From NCBI RefSeq assembly GCF_018350175.1, contig NC_058368.1, positions 60,762,001 to 60,822,000 of the forward strand: 60,000 bases of DNA. Reading direction: 5' to 3'. This stretch comes from Felis catus. Its lineage: Eukaryota. The translations under genes and the position numbers were made by a program. The notes beneath the pieces were generated by a model. It ran no database searches, was not told the DNA's origin, and worked only from the letters and a program-made list of their open reading frames with translations. Below, piece by piece: positions 11,761-23,759 of the stretch (the stretch's first letter is position 1; each line of letters begins with the position of its first letter).

Positions 11761-13099
11761 TTTTTTTTCTCTTTTTAAAGCAGATTTAGTATGTAAAAAT
11801 TAAGCTTTAAAAATGTTAATTTATCAGGTTATTTCTTTAAAATAAAATTCTTTACCTTCCAAAGTATTTTACTTTGGAAGTGAAGTAACAGCTCTCCTAA
11901 ATAAATTTAATACATAATGTAATTTCTTTGGATGCAAAAATACACATGGCTTTTCAGGAATACATCATTCTGTAAAATGATGCATATTTGTATTGAAAAT
12001 TGTAATACTGACACTGGGATGATTTTAGAAATGGCCTTCTTTATCTTTAAGGCATGCCATGCAGTCTTTATTTATTTTTCTTTGCATTTGTGTTAATAGC
12101 AGGAACTCACAAATGACTGGCATTCATTACAATGCTCTTTATACTTTAATGTATGGTTGTAACCTCCACAGGGATAGAAGGCAATGCCATTTTCTCAATT
12201 AATATAAGAAAATAAGGTTAAAGGATTTATTCAGGCTGAGAACACACATACAAGGTCCTTGGACCATTAATATATCCATTATGCACAGTTATTACACAAA
12301 ATTTAATTTGAATTTTGTTTTCAATTTTGTTTGAATCACCAATTCTACAGCTAAATCAGCATAATATGGGAGGGTATACACAGTCCATTATTAGAAAGAA
12401 AACATTTTTATACTAAAAGGTCTCTAATGTGCATAGACTCAAGAAAAAAGTGAAAAATACTTTTTTTTTTCCCAATTAAATGCTATTTGCCCAGGCTTGA
12501 TGTCTATGTCATAGTCTGTTTTTCCATCACCTTACTCTATTTTCTTTCTTTTAGTCTTTTACCTCCTTTCCCTTCCCTCAGAACCCTTACTCTTATATTC
12601 TGAGGTCCCTAAGATCTTGGTCATCTTTCTGGCATGAATTCATGGGCAGGGATTATTCTGTCACTGGAGGGCGTCATCATTTTGGTTTCACCTTGGATGA
12701 ATGGCTGCAGTTTTTTTACTGTGTTCCACTGTGTGTTATTTCAACTTCCATACACTGTAAAGTACAGCTTAAAAAAATAAACAAACCATTCCCTTTGGAA
12801 TGTTGACCACACTGACAAGCAAAACTTGAATAAATCATGCTCATGGAGTATGTTTCTTTATTCCTCAGAAAGTCAAGCAGAAATAGGAAAAGAGTTGTTG
12901 AGGCAGAATGAAAATCTTGCTTTGCCATATGTGGTTTAGAGTTTTAACTTAGTCTTAAATTTACTTCTATCACTTTGTACAGACTAGAAACAGAATCTTC
13001 AAAGTCAGTAGAAATTCAACATGGTTATCTTATATTCATATTTCTAATGATTTTTATGTATGTAAATATATAATACATAAATATCATATATAAATATTT

Positions 13100-13290
13100 A
13101 TGAGTATAAATATCCTATATATATAGGATATATATATATATATATATACACACACATATATATAGGATATATATATACACACACATATATATATAGGATA
13201 TATATATATACACATATATATATAGGATATATATATACACATATATATATATAGGATATATATATATATACACATACACACACACATTTC
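13100..13290. repeat. Compound TA/CA minisatellite, ~28-bp unit GGA(TA)n(CA)n(TA)n
   Basis: Five ggatatatata-initiated units are directly visible. Confidence 0.92.
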
Positions 13291-13954
13291 AATAATTCAA
13301 AATAAAAATAAGCAAAGTACTTCTCCTGAGAAATTAATCTCTTAGTTAAATAGAAAATATATTTTATTTTTATAAGAGACTTCTTTTGAGATCAAAATGA
13401 GATCTGTAATGAGGTCCATTGGAAGTGGACCAAAAATAAGCAATGTTTGAAGAGGTAGTCTGGCTTTTGAAATATGACACCCAGAAAATATGAAGAAAGA
13501 TAATAGCTGGATGTTGATGTACAAAGCAGTCCAGAAGGTAACACATGCCATTGTAGAATTTGGATAAATCATGTGGACTAGAAGAATGGGATCAGGAAAA
13601 ATGGGGAATTTTAGGCAGACTGTCCAGGGGCCAGACAATTATGACTCCAGCTCTCATTCCCATCATTATCATTTCTCATCAGAACAGTGGTTCTAAAGCA
13701 GGTGTGGTGATCAGCATGGTGAGGAGCATATTAGAATCCCCTGGGGAGCCATTTCAAACATATCTTGCACACTAAGAGACACATGGAGGGAATGTGATAG
13801 ACATCTCCAGATACGTTAAAAAGTAGGCCCCTGGAAATGAAAGGTGATTACTTTGCCCAAGAGAGAATTATTCTACAGTTTAGCTTTTTTGCCCAATTAG
13901 AACAATTTAACTACTACATATAAGGTAATCTTGCTCTAATTTCTTTGGCTGATA

Positions 13955-14434
13955 ATAACCTTTATTAGGGCTACCATAAAAAAACACCACAGACTGAGTG
14001 GCTTAAACAACAGATATTCCTTTTCTCACAATTATGAAGGTTCCGAGTCTGAGATCCAGGTTGTGGAAGGGTTGATTTCTTTGGAGGTTCTATCTCCTTG
14101 GCTTGTAGAAGACTGTATTCACCCTCTGTCTTCACATGCTCTTCCCTCTTTCTTCTTTTTCTAAGTTTATTTATTTATTTATCATTATTACTTTTTAATC
14201 TTTATTTATTTTTGAGAGAGAGACAGCATGTGAGCAGGGGAGGAGCAGAGAGAGAGGGAGACACAGAATTGGAAGCAGGCTCCAGGCTCCGAGCTGTCAG
14301 CACAGAGCCCAATGCAGGGCTCGAACTCATGAACTGTGAGACCATGACCTGAGCCAAAGTTGAATGCTTAACTGACTGAGCCACCCAGACACCCCTATTT
14401 ATTTAGAGAGAGAGAGAGAGCACAAGGAGGGTGG

Positions 14435-14484
<50 letters not shown>

Positions 14485-14807
14485 CAAGTAGGCTCCACAC
14501 TATCAGCACAGAGCCCCATGTGGGGCTCCAACCAACAAATTGTGAGATCACGACCTGAGCCTAAACCAAGAGTTGGACACTTAACTGACTGAGACACTCA
14601 GGCACCCCATGGTCTTTCCTCTTTACATGTTTATGTTCTAATCTCTTTTTATAAGGGAAGCAGTCATATTGAATTAGGGATCATCTTAATGATCTCATGT
14701 TAACTGCCTCTTCAGAGACACTAATCTCCAAACACAGTCACATTCTGAGGTATTTCGGGTCAGGATTACAACATATCAATTTGTGGAAACAAAATTCAGC
14801 CCATAAC
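13955..14807 (-). mobile_element. MLT1A-like MaLR LTR interrupted by two SINEs
   Basis: accacagactgagtggcttaaacaacaga...cagtcacattctgaggta...aattcagcccataaca. Confidence 0.85.
14150..14608 (-). mobile_element. Two tandem Can-SINEs (about 14150-14394 and 14395-14608)
   Basis: Two antisense heads, with flanking repeat catg.tctt.cctcttt. Confidence 0.93.
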
Positions 14808-17800
14808 ACGCGGTATGTTTTAGTAACTCTAATCCAGTATCTTAAACATTAGCGAAATTATTATCACCATTGTAATTGTACATATTGCTTCATTTTAGAT
14901 TCATGCTCTGATTTGCTGTTGCTCTTAAAATGTGCTTCTGTTTTACTCTTTTTCTACACCCCTATCTGGATAACGTGTGGTCTGTACTATTTCACTCTGT
15001 CATTAGGATCTTAAATAAATCTTGGCACTGAAAGATTAGATAACCCCTCCCTGTTATTTGAGAGTAAGCTGTCATAATTCTTTATTTCTTTCTGCTCTTT
15101 GCAGAGTCACCAATCTCTTTAGTCTATGTAACTTTTTCTACATAATGCTGGTAAATTGAATCACTGATATCTTGCTTGAACTATAACCTGCTTTAGATAG
15201 AACATATTTGGTACAACCTGGCAAATTCCATGAGTTATGGATAAACTCAAATTGTTCTTAAGTGCTGCAACTAGGTCTATTTCGCATCGCAGGTCATATG
15301 CCAGAGGCTAGGTCAGGTTCATAGTCACGACACATTTCTCTCTACTCAATCCTCCTTAATTAGTACAGGCCCAGTCACAGTTTATGCTTTTAGAACACAG
15401 CTCCAGCTATTGGAATATAGTTTACAAAAAATCCTTTCTGGGGCATTTTACATATGGAGTAATCCTTTCTGTTGATGTCATGCTGAAGACCTATTAAAAA
15501 GGGCAACCTGGGAACAACTGCCTTCGTCTATTGTGCCTCTTTATACTGCTCACTAGGAAACATTATGGGGGTGGGAGTTTATAGACAATAGACCCCCAGA
15601 GATGTTAAAGAAAATATACCTTTGTCACACATTTGCTTGTTCATATCCAAGTATTCCTGTATTAGGTTGTTGCTTTTTAATCGACTAAGTGATCAACAGT
15701 CAAGGACTGCTATACAGACCCAGCAATGCCTATCTTCTTTCAGGTAAAAATGGAACATGTGAGTCAAAGGTCGATATTTTGTAATTGAAGACTGCTCAAC
15801 TAGTTTTTATTATTAGATAAAAAACACTTTTTCTAATCAAGCTTTTACTCAGTTTTTTTTCTTGGACTATATATATACATATTTTCCCTCTCAGTAAGGG
15901 AGGGAATATATAAAATATAAATATATATATTTATATATTTATTTATATAAATATATATAAATAAATATTTTATATATATATATATATATATTTTTTTTTC
16001 CCTTTCAGTAAGCTCTTCTTCAAGAATCCTTATAGGGAAGGGTTCCTATTTGGCTCATAGATCCTAAACCATAGTAATGTTAATAAGACTTCTGTGTGTA
16101 CAGAACAGAGTTCCAGGATTATTGGTGGTCCTACTCAGCAAGTATAATTTCAGGAAGCAGATACAGGGTAGCAGTTACTGATATTGAAGCTGATGTTTTG
16201 ACAGAAGAACCAGTTAAATGCCAATTTTCTAACCAGTTTTTCTGAATTAAATTTCAGAGAAGAGATGGGCAATTGAACTGAAGAGACATAAAGTTCTCAT
16301 GACTAAGCTTTGCAGCTGATATGTATTCAAACAATGGTGATATGATATAGAGTGGATACATTTGTGGTTAGCAAAACCATGTTATAAGTTTAGGCTAGTG
16401 AATTCCTCATAGGGAAGGAATAGATCAAATTCATTGTGTTATCTTCAGTATCTTGTGGAAGAGTTGACCTGAAAAAGAGTAAATAAACCGCCTCTCCAAA
16501 ATTTAAAAAAAACACACTGTCAAGAGATTGAACAAATGTTAGTCAATATTTATCAATACGTATGTGCCAAACATCTTGCTAAGAGTAGGAAATGCAAGTT
16601 TTAAAAATCATTACTCTTGACCTAAGGTCTTCCAATTTTACTGGAGAAAAGAATGAAGAATGGAGGAAGAAGAGAGGAGAGTATTCAATGAAAATGATAT
16701 AGAAGTGAAAGAAAACATGAGATACAGAAAATGCACAACAAGGAAGAAACAACTACATAGTGACGAGAAGGAAAAAAGAAAGAGGCAAAGTAGTGAATCC
16801 TGAAGAAATGACAGAATCCTGTAAAGTAAGGATAAATAAATGTCAGTGGCGAAGGAAGGCATGGAGAATAACAAAGAAAGGATGCAAAGGACAAATGAGA
16901 GTGGAAAAGGACCAAAGGGAACAGAAGTACAACAAAGTGTTCCTACATCTGCTGTAATTAATTCATTCCAGCAGATGATATGTGCTTTTACTCTAATAGG
17001 TTTAGTAGCAACGGACTTGAAATTATTAAGATATGTAATTTTGAAATGTCTTTTCAACACATTAAATTGGTGGCACTGATTGAATAAATGACCACCATGT
17101 AGAACAGTAATGATCAAAATTTTAAAGGGCAAATACTTGACAGAAACCTGCTGCAATAACAATTGCTATCTTATGTAACAAACACAGAACTCCATTAACT
17201 CCAATTTAAATCAAACTGACAGGTTTCACTAAGAATTTGTTATAAACACTAAATATTCTTGTAAAATTATGGAAATAAACCTCCCGTTATAAAATAGGAA
17301 ACATACAGCTAAAATAAAACATAGATACTATATTTTTTTCCATTTGGGGTTTATAATTAGTTTTAAAATATATGTGCATGGGTAATAATGCAATTTGTAC
17401 CTATAGGCACATCCTTTCTCTCCCTCTCCCTCTCCCTCTCTCCCTCTCTCCCTCCCTCACAACATACACACTCACACACCTCTTTCATCTGAGTTATTTT
17501 AATTGTTGTTGATACTCTGTCACTGCCATCCTCATTTATTTTTCTCTGTGACTAATTTCTCCCCACTATTAGAATGTAATGAAACCTGATAGTAAAAAGA
17601 AAAACATCCATGGGCTTCTGTCTCATGTTCTCCACATCCCTCGCCAAAACCCATCCTAGGTATTTTAAACTAAGGAAAAAAATGATTAGAGAGTGCTCCT
17701 GTCTCTTGATTGAAACAATCTGTATTCACCATTATTACACAGTAAAGAATATCAGGTTGGTCCAGCCCCTGGCATTGCTTATTTGTATAGCGTAAGCCTC

Positions 17801-17933
17801 CAGCACTGGGTACCAACTAGCCCCAGGTATGAACTCGTCTCAGGTGGATCTAAGTACACCTGCTGTACTTTGAAAAATTCTGAAATCTAAAATTATCTAC
17901 TGAAAATGAAGTGCATTCAATCTAGGTCATTAC

Positions 17934-18025
17934 CTTTTGTACATTGTTATTTCAGAATATGCTACTAAAGCATGTGGAATGCTATGTTCGTTAATATCAG
18001 GGATTGGCAAAGTCTGGAAATGTGC
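17934..18025 (-). CDS. Putative internal coding exon (AHFQTLPIPDINEHSIPHALVAYSEITMYK)
   Basis: tttctag|GCACAT...CAAAAG|gtaatg, 92 nt. Only one frame is open (phase 0 to phase 2), and it matches the neighbouring candidates. Confidence 0.45.
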
Positions 18026-19457
18026 CTAGAAATCAAAATCTCTCATAATGCCATTATAAAAATGAGAAAGAGAATATAATTGCTACTGTGTTGAGAAAAA
18101 TACGTTTTGTTTATCATTTGCTGATTCTTTATCTGAAAAATTTTATCATTATAAAATGACTGACATGCAACTTATTCTCATCATTGTACAGTAAAATCTA
18201 CAATTCAATTATATTATTATGATCTGAATAAAGACAATAGAATAGGTCAGGAAATATTCATAAACACATACACTGAAAGAAGTGTCACCCTGTATTTGAC
18301 TGAGTTTCCTGAACAGCCAGCGAGTTATTTTAGACTCGTGAATAAGAGCAATTTAGGAGGAATTCACTATTTCGAAGCCCATGTTAGTATCCTATTCCAT
18401 ACAATTATATGCCATTGTTTTCTACGACTTAGTCTTTACCCATGGAGTTTCAAAACCCTTAGAATAACTCATCGGTTTCCATGATATCTGGGTATTTCTT
18501 ATTTCTTCCATATCCTAAGCTTTCAGTCCTTTTCAAAAATCCCACTTGCTTAAAATCTTACTGGACTAGATCATGCATTCTCAGAGAGGGTGGTACTATC
18601 CCCAAAAGGACTAAGAATGATATAAATATATGGCCTTGCTTAATTCTGGATAAATTGAAATCCTCTCTGCTCACCTAGGGAAAAAAACTTTAGGAAATAT
18701 TGGCATCTCAATGTTCTGTATAATGAGCATAAATACGAGACTCTGTATATGAGAACAAAAAGTCCTGCATGAAAGAAATATATGTAACATATATGCATAT
18801 CTCTCTGTATCTATTTATATCTCAATTGATCAATATATTCGTATATATATTGTAGTATTAGAAATCACTACATACCTATAATTAACATTTTATATTATTA
18901 TATACTTACTTTTGCACAGTATATACATTTTTATATATATATTTAATAATGAATATAAAGAATTATGGGTTATATAGGCTAGGTTATATAAAATAATGTA
19001 ATCTATTATATTAATTAGCTATTAAAATGTCTTCAAATTTTAGAAAAAAATTAACTTAAAGGAGGTACTGCTTTATTCTCCAAGTGTTAATGAAAACATG
19101 AAGTGAACACGTTAATGATAAAGGTAAAATTATAAATCTAGTCTTTCCATCAAGCTAATTTATAAGTGGCATTTTAAGGAAAAATAAAATATACTAACTA
19201 GATTATTGAAAATAGCCAAAGAGGAAGTGTAAGATACCAACAAAAAAGAAAATCTTTGCATATTTACTTAAATTACAAAGGCAGACAATGGAATTACAAA
19301 AGCCAATGGAGACACTTAATATTAGAATAAAATAATACAAAAGATCATAAGTAATTAAAATTCCAACTGAATGTCAGGGAGATGAACACACCTTATAAAC
19401 ATTATTCATATTGGCCTATTTTTCAGAATGGAAGTGATTACAAAACTACCAGGAATA

Positions 19458-19655
19458 GGGGTACCTGGTGGTTTAGTTGGTTGAGCATCCAACTCTTTAT
19501 TTCCATTCAGGTCATGATCTCAGGGTTGTTGGATTGAACCCTGCATCAGGTTCCACACTGAGCATGAAGCCTGCTTAAGATTCCAACCCCCCCCCCCCCC
19601 CCGCCACACCTGTCTTTCTCTCCCTCTCTCTCCCTCTGCCCCTCTCTCTTGCTCA

Positions 19656-19696
<41 letters not shown>

Positions 19697-19705
19697 ATTA
19701 AAAAC
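19458..19705 (+). mobile_element. Can-SINE with internal C16 run and (CT)n
   Basis: ggggtacctggtggtttag head, C run at 19587-19602. Confidence 0.92.
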
Positions 19706-20149
19706 TAAGATAAATAATGAAAGGAAAAGAATGCATTGAAGATTTAGATCTTTCTTGTGATGACTAGGTAGATCATCCTGTATTTCAAAAATGTTCTTCA
19801 ATTTCTAGCATAATCAGAAATGTCATTTACACTTCTTAAATAACAAAATTATAAAACATATCTTTGTCAAGTTGAAAATAATATAAATTCCCCTTCTAGG
19901 ATGCAAAAGAAGAGGTCCATCACACACTTTAGCACAGTGGCATTCTATGTAAATTGGGGTTAGAGATGAAGTAAATATACTTAGAACAGTTAGTTCAATC
20001 AGCATTCTCAGTAGGCTGCATTCTTCCTTGTTGAATAAAAATTTCAAAGATCACCTCCAATCTTTTATTTGTTAAAAAATTTCACTTATCACATATGCAA
20101 AATGTTCTCCTATCTTGGTAATTAGCACATTTCTTGGTAGCAGCCCAAT

Positions 20150-20470
20150 AAGTAAAAACAGTTTCTTCCTTTATTGTGCTGTGGACTTAATCTCAACAGG
20201 ATGCCCCTCTCTGTCCACTCTAATTAAGAAAACTGGCATATGAAACTTTCTGCAGATGGATTAACAGCAGGGGCTGCATAGATTTCCTTCATAGTCTTAA
20301 TAGTTCTATCAGCAGCCCACATCATCTGAAAATCAGGAGTGTTGTCTACACTTCATAAGCCTTCCTGAACCTCAAGCTTCCTGCCAATGCCTCCTCTACA
20401 ATGACTATTCAAATTCCTATCAACGTTCTCCAGAATACTCTTCAGCATGTCAAGTTTTTTTCTGATACCA
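20150..20470 (-). mobile_element. Possible ancient RTE-clade LINE (L4-like) reverse-transcriptase relic
   Basis: Frameshifted translation ...KSILENVDRNL/IVEEALAGSLRFRK..DN..KEIYAA loosely resembles the RT motif series 'E..L..EQ.GFR....D......K.LY'. Confidence 0.35.
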
Positions 20471-21639
20471 TTTTCTTTTTCTTTTTTTTTTTTTCTGAGG
20501 CTCCCACACACTGTGTTGATCTGGCCAAGAGATGATTCCTTCTATCTTAACAACAGTCATGCATTAGATTGGAGGCCACTAGATTAAAGAAGATTATGAA
20601 CAAAATGGAATAAATCCAGTGAGAAAGTTCACCTGGTACATTTTTATATATACATATTTACATATATATACATACCACATACATATATATATTAAATATT
20701 TTAATTTTAGAGACCAATTAAAATGCTTCTGTGTCTTATTGGTAGTCTGTTAATATGTGTTTCTTTGTTGCTTTTGTTTTTGTCTTATAACTTTTCTGAG
20801 TTTTACCAAATGGAGAAATTTAATATTGGAACAAAATAATACAAAAGATTAAAAGTAATTAAAATGCCCACTGAATGTTAAAGAGAGGGAAGCACCATAT
20901 AAACACTCTCCTTACTGCCTTATTTTTCAGAATAGAAGAGATTATAAAACTATAAGGAAACAACATGGGTGAACAAAACAGGAAATAATGATGGGAAAAG
21001 ATTGCACTGAAGATTTATATCTGATACCATGGTATAAGCAGACTGACTTAGTTCTACTCAATATATATCTGTCTCCTATGAAAAATACAGCAAAGCAGAA
21101 ACAAGTATCCCAATTTCACCCCAGCTGCTCTACTTGGATGTCTCATTCTTCTTTCTTTCTTTTTGTGAACACATGACTAATGCATTCCCAGTGTGGTTTT
21201 CTTAACTCGTGTTATTGCTAGTTAAGGATGGAGCCTGTTGTAGCATAAGTGGAGTTGACAAGGGTGTCATGCCTACAATCAGCTCTCACTGCCTCTGTAG
21301 CACCTGGTCTTCACTTATAAGCTCTATTGTAAAGAGAGATAGAAATATACGTGTAAAGACTTATTCCTGTTATTCTTCATTTCCTATCAATAACCCTCAG
21401 AAAATCTTGAAAGGATTCTGCATGATGATACATTCTTATTATCAGCTAACATGGGCAAACAGATCTCATGTAAGAATTTGGAATAACCTAAGGAAATACA
21501 ATGTTGTATCAATCAGGACTATTACTAGCATACCATAATCTATTTTAATGACTAAAGCAAAGTCACATGATTAAGCCTCTTAACTCACAATCTCTAGGAG
21601 GACCAGGAAGATGTATTTGGAGGTTACACAGCCAGGAAA

Positions 21640-22059
21640 AACATTCAAACATTGCTCCGTACATTGCTTAGATATCCCCATCTAGGACTAAGATACCAGT
21701 ACTCTTGGACACTGAGGCTCAAAAATGAGTCTATCTCAAGGAATTGCCTTCAGCTAAAGGTAACTGTCTCACCTAAATTTGTACCCTCTTTAGAAGCAAC
21801 CAATATCCAAAGACATACATGGCATACAAAGGCTGGGCCCCTTATCTCATTTTGGAAAAATTCTGAATGGCTATTTCCGCTCTGGAGTGCCCCCTGGGAT
21901 AAGCTGGGGGTTCTGATTCAACTTCATGGCAATTCAACTTCTCTCCAATTCTGCATTGAACTTTCACTCTTAAAACCATGGTTCCTAAAAGCACTCCCCA
22001 GTAAACTTTGGCTGCTTTATCTATCAGAATCTGTTTCTCAGGGAGTCCCAGCTAAGACA
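21640..22059 (+). mobile_element. LTR16-like ERVL solo LTR
   Basis: aaggaattgccttcagctaaagg; ends agcactccccagtaaac...agaatctgtttctcagggagtcccagctaagaca. Confidence 0.7.
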
Positions 22060-23759
22060 TCAAAGCCCTGACCCCAAAGATGTCCTGGTCAGAGACATGA
22101 TTGGCACCACTGCACTGAATAATGGATTTCAGAAACTGCCAATGGCACACCATAAAGCCACAGTCTTCAATAAAAAAATGTGATTGCATATCACCTTTAT
22201 CTTCAGATTTTTTTCAAGTTAAAGTATCAAATTTTAGAGATTGGTCAATTTTCTTGGGTAGGTGCTATTAGCATCCATGTTTCAAGACTTGCTGGTATCT
22301 TTAAGTATACTTCCCTTCAGTGGGGAATTAACTACAGTATTAAGTTATTTTTTCTCTGAAGTGTAAGCAAGGAACTTCATTTCCCAACTTCCTTTGCTGC
22401 TAAAGGCACAGACTCATGGTCTGTGCAACATTTGTTACCTACATCTTAACAAGACTTTCCATTTAAGGAGAAAATATAGTACAAATTCTAATGTATGAAC
22501 ATTGAAATTAAAATTGTTCTATCTAATAAAATTGTAATTTTTACACATTTTATCTTCTGTTGTAGTAACAATAATTTTGATGAAATAATATCTGATCATT
22601 ATTCATCTGAAATATCATTTTCAGTGAATCCTAAATAAGAGAATCTCTACCAGTGCTTTATTCTTCAATGGAATTATAGTAGAAATTAATAGTAGGGTGA
22701 AACTATAGTAGAAATGAATCATTCATATTGGAGCAAGGTAGGGAAAATGGAATTTTGGTGACTCCAACTGCACTTAATTTTTTAAAATTCATTTCCCTTT
22801 TCTAGGGTGATATAAATTTCATATTGCTGCTAATTTTAGAACTGCACAGATAACTTCCTTTATGCAAATTAACCAAGTGCTTTAGTTTTTATTTCTAAAT
22901 AAAAAATATTTCACAAATCACACATATTTCTCACAGGTACTCCTCCTAAGCATTAACAGTAATTATGTAATACAAGGGATACTTGAGGAAATCAGATGTG
23001 AGTGAAAGAGTCCTACACTGAGTTGTTAACCATCTACAAGTAAGTCAAATAAATATTCTTTGTTTATTCTTTGATATTTTTTATTATATAATGCTATGGA
23101 TATTTATGTTTCTAATATTGCACCAGGCTCTTCTTCCAGAAAATGCTGTTAAAATTAGCATTAGTTTAACATGTTAAACTCACTGATATTAACATAAAAA
23201 CTTAAAAAGAAAAACAGGAAAAAAAAACTTCAGGTGGAGCACGAAAATAAACAAGTCTTGAATTTGGCAGCCAACAGAAGATAATGATTCTTTCAAGACA
23301 GGAAAAGAAACCAGCACCCTTTACACAATAAATGTTTACAAATTTAGTAAGTAACAGGACTCGCTGGAGGCGACTTTGGAGGGGATGCAACATCTGTCTG
23401 TTGTGTATTTCCAATTCCTCAGTTTTCTCTCATCAGCTCCAGCCATCTTGGTCCAAAGAAACTTTCCAGCTCCAGGCTTAATTGTTTTCATGTATCTGAG
23501 TACATTCTGACTATGGCAAATCTTAATTATATCCAAAGAACTGTCCTGTGACTTTGCATCTTGTCCAAATGCCCAGACCCAGGATCTGTGTATTCCAATA
23601 TGAATTCCTGGGCTCCAACATTGTTTCTTTATTGCCACAAACCAAAAAAACCAATGCTGCTCCTTGTTTCTCTTATGAGTAAAGAAAGAAACTGACTTAT
23701 TTGACATCAATTTTTAGTGAAACACTGCTCCACTATGGATCAGATATAACTTAAAGGAG

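Noticed and set aside
11856..11880. 11-bp-stem hairpin cttccaaagta-ttt-tactttggaag
   Set aside because: Too short to be meaningful in 60 kb of AT-rich DNA.
16638..17162. Longest ORF (174 aa, minus strand, hydrophobic)
   Set aside because: It is the antisense of a purine-rich low-complexity tract with an F/L/S bias, a non-ATG start and no recognisable domain.
21652..22071. 139-aa plus ORF
   Set aside because: It coincides with the LTR16-like element.
23336..23710. 124-aa minus ORF and faint RTE C-terminal-like words (GHLDKM, RWLE)
   Set aside because: No convincing splice sites or continuous homology, and the similarity is too weak to call.
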